Positions 44,696 to 54,398 of a stretch of DNA of 64,000 nucleotides are shown piece by piece; positions within the stretch are counted from its first letter, which is position 1; each line of letters opens with the position of its first letter. Origin of the DNA: an uncultured delta proteobacterium (GTDB lineage: Bacteria; Desulfobacterota; Desulfobacteria; Desulfobacterales; JAFDCJ01). A program made the translations under genes and the position numbers. The DNA lies in contig CAVYNY010000010.1 in the NCBI GenBank assembly GCA_963769935.1, forward strand, positions 672,001 through 736,000, written 5' to 3'. The notes below the pieces were generated by a model. It was given only the letters and a program-made list of their open reading frames with translations, did no database searches and was not told the DNA's origin.

Positions 44696-45799
44696 TTAAA
44701 TAAAAGCGACCATTTTCTGCCGCCCCTCATCCCACATTTTCAGTCGAATGCAAGAAAGGCTTTTGACGATTGTAAGCGGCGTTTTTCCTTGCAGCGCCGG
44801 AACGGCATCGTAACACTTCTTCAGACGGTAATTGGGGATTCGAGGGCTCAAATGGTGGACATGGTGATAACCGATGTTACTGGAAAACCACCGCAGCAAA
44901 GCAGGCAATTTGTAAAATGAACAGCCTTCCATGGCGGCGCGCAGTGGCTCCCATTCGCCTTTGTGTGCCCAATATCCCCCAGGGAACTGATGCTGCACGA
45001 AAAACAGCCAAATTCCCGCCGCCCCTGCAAAACACAGCACCGGAAACTGGATCAGCAGGTACGTTCGCCATCCAATAAACCGATCGGCAACCAAAACCAT
45101 GACGACGATCAGCAGGTTGGTGAAAAGAACGCTCGTTCGTTCTTTGCGCTTCACCCATCGCGTCGGCAGACGGTTTCTGAGCAGAAACATGAACAGCGCA
45201 CCGAGTCCCAGCATCACCACGGGATTGCGGTAAAGCCTGTACTGCAGACGTTTCTTCTCCGATGCGTTCTCATATTCCGTGCTTGTCATGGTCCAGATAT
45301 CGCCGAATCCCCGCGCATCAAGGTTGGCGTAAGTCACGTGGTGTCGAAGGTGGGCGAAGCGCCAGTCTTCAAAGGGAGTGAACACCATCACCCCGAGAAG
45401 GTAGCCGAAGAATGTGTTGACGCCCTGCCACCTGAAGAACGAACCGTGCACACAGTCGTGAAATAAAATGAATAACCGGACCATGAAAGCGGCGGCAGGC
45501 AAGGCGATAATCAGAGTCAACGCGTAAGAATAGCCGAGCTGAATAGAGCGGATCATCAGATACCATAGGCCGCAGTAAGGGACTATCGTGTTTATCAACT
45601 GCCAGATGGCTTTCCGGTGGTCGGAATTTCGGAAAGTTGCCAGCAGCGGGTACCAATCGGGCCAAATGCGTCCTGGACTTTTACTTTTTGCATTGCTTGG
45701 GTCCATGCCCGATTCATGCGCGACCATTTTCAAACCTCCGCCTAGCTGTTCCTCCCTTCGAGGCTTGGCTTCGCTATGCCGGGGCATTTTCTCGTTCAA
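44696..45799 (-). CDS. Membrane fatty acid desaturase (Bacillus Des-like); the true start may be downstream
   Basis: His boxes HDCVH, HLRHH and HHVHH; FFVQHQF; RIPNYRL. Confidence 0.92.
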   Translation of the reverse strand: MNEKMPRHSEAKPRREEQLGGGLKMVAHESGMDPSNAKSKSPGRIWPDWYPLLATFRNSDHRKAIWQLINTIVPYCGLWYLMIRSIQLGYSYALTLIIALPAAAFMVRLFILFHDCVHGSFFRWQGVNTFFGYLLGVMVFTPFEDWRFAHLRHHVTYANLDARGFGDIWTMTSTEYENASEKKRLQYRLYRNPVVMLGLGALFMFLLRNRLPTRWVKRKERTSVLFTNLLIVVMVLVADRFIGWRTYLLIQFPVLCFAGAAGIWLFFVQHQFPGGYWAHKGEWEPLRAAMEGCSFYKLPALLRWFSSNIGYHHVHHLSPRIPNYRLKKCYDAVPALQGKTPLTIVKSLSCIRLKMWDEGRQKMVAFI

Positions 45800-45883
45800 A
45801 GGGGTTAACGAAAAGCAGCCGCTCCGTATATTTATTGCTTTTCAATGCAGGCTAAAATCAAAAAATAAACCCTTACGACCCTA

Positions 45884-46279
45884 TCACGCCTTCACATAAA
45901 CACCTTTCCGGATGCTCTTAATTTTTCCCTGTTTGCCAAGTCGGTAAACCATGTTGGCGACCTTTTTGCTGTCATAGCCGGTTTTTTTCATTATCGTTGC
46001 GGTATCAGCGCCTTGTTCGGATTCGCTGATTATTTTGAGCACCGTTTCACCGGCTGTCGGTGCCGCAGCAGCTTTCTTCACCGGTGCCTTGGCGGCTGGT
46101 TTTCCGGCTTTTTTCGATTTAGCTGCGGCGGGTGCAGGCTTTTTGCCTTTCGGCTTCTCCGCAGTTTGTGATTTGGCAATCTCGTCAACCTTGTCGGAGA
46201 CAGCTTCAATACCTTGAGCAATCATTTTCAGGCCGTCGGACACTATTTTAAGCAGACTCTGGATTTCCTTCATTTTCAA
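45884..46279 (-). CDS. Lys/Ala-rich histone-like protein with C-terminal winged-helix-like domain
   Basis: N-terminal coiled coil, PAAAAK/KKA linker, then VLKII...TGYDSKKVANMVYRL.KQGKI....GVY. RBS AAGGAG. Confidence 0.75.
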   Translation of the reverse strand: MKMKEIQSLLKIVSDGLKMIAQGIEAVSDKVDEIAKSQTAEKPKGKKPAPAAAKSKKAGKPAAKAPVKKAAAAPTAGETVLKIISESEQGADTATIMKKTGYDSKKVANMVYRLGKQGKIKSIRKGVYVKA

Positions 46280-46393
46280 ACTCCTTATTCGATGTCAATT
46301 TGATTGTTGCCTGTATAGTAAATCCCAAAAAGAAAAATTTTTGTCAAGGAAATAAAGCAGTTCTGTGCAGACGAAAATAGCTTTACCTAAGAC

Positions 46394-46460
46394 GGATGAA
46401 GCTCGCCCCTACTCACCAGGTTAAGCAACGTATCGTAGGGGCGGATTTGCGTCCGCCCGA
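46394..46460. repeat. GTAG-type REP pair
   Basis: ...GCTCGCCCCTAC and CGTAGGGGCGGATTTGCGTCCGCCC. Confidence 0.5.
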
Positions 46461-46670
46461 ATCGGCTGCAAGTACCCGAAAATCGATCAATTCAGGTGTT
46501 AAAAAAGGCGGCTATTACTCTTTCGATGTGCTTCCTTTTGAATTGGTCGACATTTATGTGAATTTCTGAGATGGTCTCTTTTAAATTTGATCAAGGGTCT
46601 TTGAAGCTTTCGGTGCCACATTTTTTCAACCAAAAAACTTGGCGAAAGTCATGAAAAGCTCTTCCCGAAA

Positions 46671-46880
46671 GACTTTCAAGCAACTGGGGACAGTTTTTTT
46701 CCTATCAGCCGCCCTCTTTTTCATTCTGCTGTTATTCTCTACTCTTTCCAATGCCGGTCAATTCAAATTTGTCCGAGCCACAAATGGCTATATCATCACA
46801 GTTAAAAATAGCGGTAAAACGAGCACACGTACCTGGTTGGAACCGATGCCCTAAAAGCATCCAAAAAGAAAATGAAAATT
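46671..46880 (+). pseudogene. Thermonuclease (SNase-like) N-terminal remnant
   Basis: Signal-like segment, GQFKFVRATNGYII, and in a shifted frame LVGTDALKASKKK, resembling the SNase RLxGIDAPE motif. Confidence 0.45.
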
Positions 46881-46949
46881 CGATCAGAAAGGGAAAGGAC
46901 AGGTGAAAACTGATATTAGAATTCGGAAACCAGAAAGTGGAGGTGTAAA

Positions 46950-47386
46950 ATGAAATCATCGGCAACCGCATTGCATATTTCTGTTATTGCTTTGTTGGCC
47001 AACGGCTGCGCGACAACCGGACCCACATATTCGGAAATGCAAAGCACAATGGCAAGACAAAATTCTGAGATCGGCAGAATCTTCATTTACCGACCAAGCG
47101 CTGCTGGCGCGGCGGTTCAGCCCGCAGTCTATCTTAAGGATGAGGAAGTTGGGAAATCAGTTCCTTACGGCTTTTTTTATATTGACCGCGCACCTGGCAA
47201 TTATGAGATAAAGACATCCACTGAAGTCAAACGAACGTTATCACTTAAATGGATCCAGGAGAAACCTCTTATGTCCGTTTGAACATATCCTTTGGTTTTT
47301 TCGTCGGCCATGTTTTCCCCGAACTTGTGGAGAAAGATGTCGGGAAATCCGAGATAAAGGATTGCCACTATTCAGGCCAACCATAA
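46950..47386 (+). CDS. DUF2846-like lipoprotein, frameshift near 47250
   Basis: Lipobox ANGC; GRIFIYRP; PGNYEI. The C-terminus DPGETSYVRLNISFGFFVGHVFPELV continues in another frame. Confidence 0.75.
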
Positions 47387-47703
47387 TTATAACCCAATGC
47401 TGTCTTTTCTATTTCCAAACCCGCGATTGGTGAGGCTATAATTCTGGGGAGAATCTAAATTTTTGTGGTTTCATCTACGTATCTGAATTTTTTTACCAGC
47501 TATCTCAAGCTTTCCAATCAAAAAGATCATGCCATTTGGCGCTTTTGAGCGATAGGGTTAGCCTGCTTTATGGTCTTTTTTTAGATTATCAATTATATTT
47601 TCCAAAATTTAGGATTAATGTGGAGGAATTCAGATTAAAGAGCTTCGAGGAAGATATTATGATCAAACGCAGCCCCCTGTTTCAATCATCAAATTAAAGA
47701 TGT

Positions 47704-47976
47704 TTATGATTTCATAATACCATATTTCAGCAAATTGGATTTTATATAAGGCCAATGCAGGACCATATGCGCTGCTATCACAATCATGAATATCAGGGCA
47801 GTCCATTCATGAAACGCAATGAAAAAGTGTCTGAGAGAAACCAAAATACTGCCCCGGGCTTCATATCCTTTGGGCAGCACAAACCAATTCAGCAGCCCGG
47901 TAACGCATAAAATCAAAAAAAGGATTAAAGATATTACATTGACAATCCATAGCTTTGAAGATCTTCCAGCAGCCAT
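47704..47976 (-). CDS. DUF4405 family small membrane protein (cytochrome b-like His pair)
   Basis: VTGLLNW...HEWTALIF...HMVLHWPYIK. Confidence 0.8.
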   Translation of the reverse strand: MAAGRSSKLWIVNVISLILFLILCVTGLLNWFVLPKGYEARGSILVSLRHFFIAFHEWTALIFMIVIAAHMVLHWPYIKSNLLKYGIMKS

Positions 47977-48520
47977 TTGCTATCCTTCAATAAGAAGACT
48001 TTGGATCTCCTTCATTTTCAATCTATTTATTGGATGTCATTTCGATTGCTTCCTGTCTACCAATTCCCAGAAAGAAAAATTTTTGTCAAGGAAATTAGGC
48101 AGCTGGAAATTTGGTGGAATTTTCCCTTATGCCACAAGGCAATCGTCTAAAAATGTATCCTTTTGAAATACTTGGCATTTTTTGGTATATTTGCCATTGA
48201 AGCTCTGATGCTGAAGGGGGATTGCCCGTGAAGAAGCAAAATGGAAATAAAAGTCAGGCGGCAATGGATGGGATGACCAATGGCAATTGAACACCCGGAC
48301 CATATCAGCCAGGGAATACGGCTCAGGGATATTGGTCTTTTGCCTGTGGTCCTTTTCTCTGTTTTTTTGTCACCTTGAGCGTGCTGAATAAACTGCTCAA
48401 CCGCTCAATCCTCGGGCCGATCGAAAATATTCTCTCCGTCGTGACCCAAATCAAAGATGGGGAACTCAATTGCGGTTTGGTAGCTGCAACTTACTGCCCA
48501 TTGAATCCAACATTACCGAG

Positions 48521-48590
48521 GTAGGGTGGGCATTGCCCACCGTTAACCATCGAGACAGGCGCTATTTGGTGGGCGATGCCCCACCCTACG
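48521..48590. repeat. GTAG-type REP doublet (REPIN-like)
   Basis: GTAGGGTGGGCATTGCCCACC ... GGTGGGCGATGCCCCACCCTAC in inverted orientation. Confidence 0.75.
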
Positions 48591-48782
48591 ATTTAGAATT
48601 TTCGCAACGTTAAGAAAAATATTAATAATCGGTACCATCTCTCGGCGAACCCTACTAGAAAGAGGAAATGACGCGAGGAGCCTCCTCCTAAGGGATATTG
48701 CGCTTAATTTAAAAGCATTGTAGTCAAAGCGAAAAGTAGACTCTATCTAGTATCCCGGCCTCATTCCAAAAATAATTGCCAA

Positions 48783-49979
48783 CTATTCGAATACCTCAGC
48801 CCCTGTCGGTTCGACATGGGTCGTCTCATTCATATCCTGCCGGAATTTGGATAATTCATAATACATTCTCAGGCGGGCGCGGTTCTGATTGCCGAGCGGT
48901 CGATGTTCCGGCAGGCAGTGCCAGGGGTTCATTTTCAGCCGCTTGGCAAAGGCAAACTGGGCTTCGGAATCAAACTTCTGCTGTGGGATGTGTACGGTAG
49001 CCGCCGGAATAAAGGGTGACAGTTTTTCCGGCCAGCGCACCGCGGCGTTTTCGATCGGCATTAAAAACGGATCCGTCTGGACTTGAATCAGAAGATCAAA
49101 TTCCACATCTTTCCGATTCAGGGTTTTGATCATGTTTTCCCGTAAATAATTGAATGAGACCCGACCGAAGGGCACTCCGGGCACCCTGGTATCGACTTTT
49201 GTTTTCGGCCGGAACGAATACATCATGGCCTGGCCTTCACCGAGCAGATAGGGGGTGCAGCTCCAGTAGCGCTGTCCCAGCGGGTTGTACTGGGTTTCAT
49301 TCCACAGACTCTGCATCAGCGCATCGAGAAGGTGCGTATCCTTGGGGTTTACGAAGTAGTACAGCGCCATCTCCAGCAGGCTCCAGTACTGCAGTTTGGC
49401 ATTTTCCCGCGTGTTGGGCGTGACAAAGGTCGGAGTGCAGATAGTGATGAAATCCTGGGTGAATTTCTCCTCGTCCATGAGTTTTTCACCGGGTACATCC
49501 ATGAGTTTGACGGCCATGCTGGCAAAACCGACATCCCGAATATCGGCCGGAACATCCGGGCCGGGGCCGGAGTATCGCACATAGGCCGGGTAACTTCGCG
49601 GGTTGGCGAATATTCCCCTGCGGCAGCTTTCGGGCAGGTCGTCTCGAATGGTCACGGTCGCCCGCAGGATGCCGTGCGTTTTTGTGTTCCCGCCGCGTTC
49701 ATAGGCGCCGGGTTTGAAATGCCCGCGCATCTGGTCGGCCATGAGGTCGATGATTGCATCCAGGCTTTCCTTTTCATCGGGATCTGCTTTTTCCTCGGCC
49801 AGCTGCAGGCCTTCATCCCTGCGCCGCAGGTTAATGAGGTACTGAATGACCCTGGCGATGGGTTCCCGGAACAGCCGGTTCCACTGCGGGCGAAACAGCG
49901 GTTCGAGCCGGCGCTCGATATGCAGCAATTCCATGAGAATATCATGAATGAATTTCAGCAGTCGCATCTTGATGTTCAT
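48783..49979 (-). CDS. Catalase-related heme protein (catalase superfamily, distal His replaced by Asn)
   Basis: ERGGNTKTHG, YPAYVRYS, AVKL, QDF, YWSCTPY, PIENAAVRWP, NPWHCLPEHRPLG..NRAR..MY (proximal Tyr). Confidence 0.85.
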   Translation of the reverse strand: MNIKMRLLKFIHDILMELLHIERRLEPLFRPQWNRLFREPIARVIQYLINLRRRDEGLQLAEEKADPDEKESLDAIIDLMADQMRGHFKPGAYERGGNTKTHGILRATVTIRDDLPESCRRGIFANPRSYPAYVRYSGPGPDVPADIRDVGFASMAVKLMDVPGEKLMDEEKFTQDFITICTPTFVTPNTRENAKLQYWSLLEMALYYFVNPKDTHLLDALMQSLWNETQYNPLGQRYWSCTPYLLGEGQAMMYSFRPKTKVDTRVPGVPFGRVSFNYLRENMIKTLNRKDVEFDLLIQVQTDPFLMPIENAAVRWPEKLSPFIPAATVHIPQQKFDSEAQFAFAKRLKMNPWHCLPEHRPLGNQNRARLRMYYELSKFRQDMNETTHVEPTGAEVFE

Positions 49980-51507
49980 GGCGTGTTGCCGCCTTCGTTG
50001 TTGGATGATGCAGCAATGAACTGCAGGGCCCGCAGTCCGGGCATGAAAAAATAACCGCCGCCGCGCACCATTACAAACTGCGGCAGACAGCAGGTTTTGT
50101 GCATGGGACCGCTCGGGTCGGGTCGATTGAAATTATCGGTTGCCTCACCCTGCAGCAACGGCTCGCGAATTCCAAACAACGGATCCCTTTCCTGCTGGAC
50201 ACCGCCGAAAGTACTGCTCATCGACCAGGCGTTCTGGATAAATTCAAACTGCCGCGAGATACTGGCAGCCAGAGCGATAAACTGCAGGCCATGCTCGGCC
50301 AGCCGGCGCATCGGGTTTGACGGCCTCTTCCGGTGCCAGCAGGGGCCCGTAGCTGCGGCCGCGCCGCAGCAGGCGATGGAAGCGGGTGGAGGCGATCAGA
50401 TCTTCATCCGGTCGACTTTGTCCAAAACCGAGCATCTTGATCAACCGGGTGACAAGGCCGGTCGCGCCGGGCGGCAAATCACCGGTGCGCGGGTTGGCCC
50501 TGCGAATATGGGCGCCGAGCGGGCATCGATGGCCGCCGGGGTCGAGTTCGTAGGTAAAATGGTTGACGTCGTCCTCCGGTGGGATGCCGGGAATCGGTTT
50601 GGCAGCCAGGGGTGCCAGCGGCGAACCGCTGCGTTGTCTGCCCACCATGCTCGCGGCAAGCTGTTCGCGTTTTTCGGGGTCGGCGCCGGCTGGCCTGGTC
50701 GACGAACTGCCAGAAGCCGGTAACATCCTGGTGCAGCTGCCGGATGACAAGGTAGGACCCGTTGCGTCCGAGATCTTTTAATGCAGGCGTCTTCCTGCGC
50801 GTTCGGCAGGCGCGAGGCGAGCCGGTCTTCCAGCGGATCGATGAGCGGTCTGGTGGTGATACAGTCCGTATTCGTTGGGGTAGCCGAGCACGAATTCACC
50901 GGGGGCCACCCGGTTGGAAAAGCGGTCGCGTGCGTGCGGATCCGTGCTTTGCCGCTGGGCCCAGTCTATTTGCGGCTGACTGATGCCATCGGCGAATCCA
51001 AACGGCTCGATGCTCCCGATATCCTGGGTCGGCAGGATCTGCAGCAGTTGAAAGGCCTTGGAAAACCATTGGTCGGCCACGGTTTTTTTCCAGGCTTCGA
51101 CACCGTCTTTTCCGGCATAAAGCAACAACAGCACATGCGGCACCCGGCCCGGTTCTCCGCCCCACTCCCAGTGCTGCGGGGCATTGCGGCCCACGTCGCC
51201 CAGACGGCGGGAGCGGCTTTCATCGCCGGACATGCCGGTGATGAACTCATCGGAAAAACCCTCGATAATGGATTCCTTGAGCCCCAGTGCCCGCAGCCCT
51301 TCCACTGAAAAAGCAATCTGCAGGGCTGTGTCGGGCGGTCGGGCTCTTGGCGCCGGCGCTGCTGACCGGAGCCGTGGCCAGCCACTTTCCGGCAGCCGCC
51401 GCATCCGCAATATTGAGCAACATGAAACAGGTGTCGGTTAATTTGCCGTGGCCGAAGCGTAAAAGGGCCTGCAGATCGTCAAATTCAAAGTCGCTGGCAT
51501 CATTCAT
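49976..51507 (-). CDS. Dye-decolorizing (DyP-type) peroxidase, several frameshifts
   Basis: DLQA, EPFGFADGISQP (GxxDG), GEFVLGYPNEY, AHIRRANPR, HRLLRRGRSYG and RQFEFIQ, spread over four ORF-track fragments. Confidence 0.88.
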
Positions 51508-51521
51508 TGCCACTCTCCTGC

Positions 51522-52834
51522 TCATATCAGGCTAAGCCATTCGCGGATTTCCGCGTCGCTGGACTGGCGGATTTCCACTCCCTGCCGAATGCGGCTGTTG
51601 CGCGATAATTCGAATGCGGTCAGGCCCGGGTAAGCCTTATACCAGACCTGCGTGGGCAATTGATGTCGTCTCAGGGAATACTTGAATTTCTGTTCCCGTT
51701 CCGCCCCGTCCTTAATCAGCCATCTGGTTGTGGGATACCCCATGCCGTTGCTGAACACCAGGTTCAGTCCCCAGGCAACCTTATTGATGAAGTCGTCCAT
51801 GTAACTCTCCAGGCTGCCGTCATAGTTGCTGGCAAAAAGAAGACTGCGGTCGTTGTTCATGAGCACCCAGCGGGCGAAATGAATGGTTCGCACCCGCGTG
51901 AGAAAGCCGCGGTTGTAGATATGTCTGGCGGAATAGTCGAGCAGCACGAGTAGCAACTTGAGTGTACAGCGGCGAAAAGGCCCCGGCTTGACATCGCCCA
52001 GCACAGTGAACTGATTGCTGACGTCATGATCTTCCAGCTCGGAAAGTTCCCGGACATGGCGCCGGTCAGGCCGGATGACGATCTCGGGGTCGGAGCGCTC
52101 CAGCATCCGCAGCCGCCAGGCGAAAAAGGGCGCAGCGGCCAGCAATACCGGTGACAGGACCAGCAGCGACCAGCGGTATCCCGACCTTGTGCAGCAAGTT
52201 TTTGATTTTCCAGTCCCAGGGCGTGGGCTCCGGCGGTGTCAGCGTGAGCCGTCCGGCATGTTTTTCCTTTTCAACATGCGACAGGAGCTTCTGCCGGATC
52301 GCGCGGGTGTTCTCCCGGCCGTGGTTGCGACGATTTCCTGCAAACAGGCGGACAGGCTTTGATGCAGGGCCCGTTCTTCGTGCACCTGTTTGACGGTGCG
52401 GCCAATCCAGTTGATATAATTGGCGCTGGGGTTGATGTTGTGTTTTTTCATCCATTGCAGCAAAGCCGTGCTGATCCTCGGAAAAGCCTTCACAGATGGG
52501 AAAATATTTTCTCCAGACCCGGGACCGGCACATCAACGGTGAGTTGTTCCAGAAATGAGTCCCGATCGCCGTCCAATCGCCAAGAAACGCCAGTGACGGG
52601 CGCCACGCATGGGGCGTCAGACCGTATACCTTTATATCATCGGCGGTCTTTAGCTCCAGAATCACAAATCTGGCCACATGCAGACGATCGAAGCGGCCGA
52701 AAGGAACCAGATCGTTCGCCGGAGTCGGCGTGTCCGCACGGTATTGTTCATCGTGGCCAATAGGGCGCGCAGGCTCATCCATCTGCCCCTCGCGGATAGC
52801 GGCGACTAATCAGGAAAGTGGATTGAGGCGTCAT
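51522..52834 (-). CDS. Conserved hypothetical protein with an internally duplicated HxARF/W domain, frameshifted
   Basis: Start MTPQSTF at 52834. LHVARFVIL...LAFLGD in the N-half, TIHFARWVL...LLFASNYDGSLESYMDDF in the C-half, with a hydrophobic linker. Confidence 0.75.
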
Positions 52835-52882
52835 GGCTTCTATCCGGAGTTGGTACTCGTCATGTATGAAGATTTGTCGGCT

Positions 52883-53340
52883 CTATGAATGCACATTCCG
52901 GGTCAACGCAAAATCCAGGACACGTTTTTTGCCCCACCAGACCTTGCCGAGATACACTCCGGCTTCGACTTCGCGGATTTCATCCCGAATGGCTTTGGCA
53001 AAAAATGAGGTTTTGGAGTAATCGATGACGATGGTGTCTTTCCCATCCAGCCAGCTTTTACCCCGATAGACCTTGGCGACAATCAAATGTCAGGCTGAAG
53101 AGGCGTTATCTTGTTGACCAGAATGCCCGACTGGCGATCCGATGAAAAAAGATCGAACACTTTGCCCTGCCAGGCAAAGATTCGCGCCAATGCGGCCACG
53201 GATTTTCGAAAAGGTCGAACCTGCCAGGATTGCGGTGCCCTGGGTATCTCCACGGGGATCTCCCCGGGTTCGGCATTGCGGTAGATTTCATCAAGTTCCT
53301 CTCGGGATTTGCTCAACCATGTTTTGACCGTCGGATGCAT
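52883..53340 (-). CDS. Conserved hypothetical protein (~150 aa), frameshifted
   Basis: SREELDEIY...AWQGKVFD...VAKVYRGKSWLDGKDTIVIDYSKTS...IRDEIREVEAGVYLGKVW. RBS AAGGAG. Confidence 0.75.
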
Positions 53341-53346
53341 GATTCG

Positions 53347-54385
53347 TTACTCCTTGTTGCGCAGTTTGGCTGCATGTTGGCATAGACCAGCCGCCGTACC
53401 GCATTCATCCTTCCCAGTGGTTCGTGGGCAGCCAGGCTTTGCCAGGGATTGAAGCTGCTGCGCTCGCAGGCTGCCAGGGAATCCTCATCATCAAAGTCCT
53501 GATTTTTGATGGTAATGGTTGCAACCGTCTGGAAAGGGTGATTCGTCTTCATCCCAGATAACCGAGGCATCCTCGATCGGCATGGTTTGAGGGTCTGTTC
53601 TGTCTCTGAACGCCAAAATGAAAACAGGCGGTTTCCTGCTGCAGATGAGCCTTGATTGCGGCGCGCAGCTGGTTTTCACCCGCATCGACGGCCCTGGTGG
53701 TTGTATAGCTCGAACAGGGCGTGACGGAGTATTTGACGACCTGACCCCCAGTTTCCCCCAGCCGGAAGGGAACCGTGCTCCAGTAGCGGATATCCAGCGG
53801 ACTGAGGTGTTTTCTGCGCGCCTTGAAGACGATCCACAACGACTTTCAGATGCGGATCGAAGGGATTTAAAAAGAAAAGCATTTCTTGTCCCTCCTGCCG
53901 AGCGCGTATAAACGCTAAAAAATCTTCCGGCGTGGCGACAAAAAGCGCAGGATAGCTGTTGAGCACAAAATCCTGCATGCCGGGTTCACCCCAGATAACC
54001 GTGGCCGCTTGACATTCGATACCTTGATCGACAGGCCGCGGATATCTTTTTTCGAATCATCCATGTTGCTGGCGTTGGCAAAGCGCAGCATGGCCGGATA
54101 GCTGGCCGGCTGCGAGAAGAGTCCGTGCTTCAATTCATGCGGGCATATCCTCATGCACCCGAAATTCTGCCTGCGAGGCAGGCCAACCGTTTTCGGCTGG
54201 TTGAATCTGGGGATGAAACCAGTTTTGGCCTCGGCCAGGGTGATGGCTTCCACCCGCTGGCTCATTTCGGCAACCAGCTGATCAATGGTTGCCCGGCTGT
54301 CATTTGGGCCGCGGCCGTCGGGAAGCATTCCAACAAGGCTGATCTCTGCCGGCGGCCAATGCTGAAGTCGTCTTTTGCTGGCCAT
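53347..54385 (-). CDS. Second catalase-related heme protein (distal His replaced by Gln), multiple frameshifts
   Basis: RFNQPKT, YPAMLRFAN, DIRGLSIKV, QDFVLNS, YWSTVPF, MPIEDASVIW, FNPWQSL..HEPLGRMNAVRRLVY. Stop inferred at 53347. Confidence 0.8.
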
Positions 54386-54398
54386 GTTCACTTCCGCA

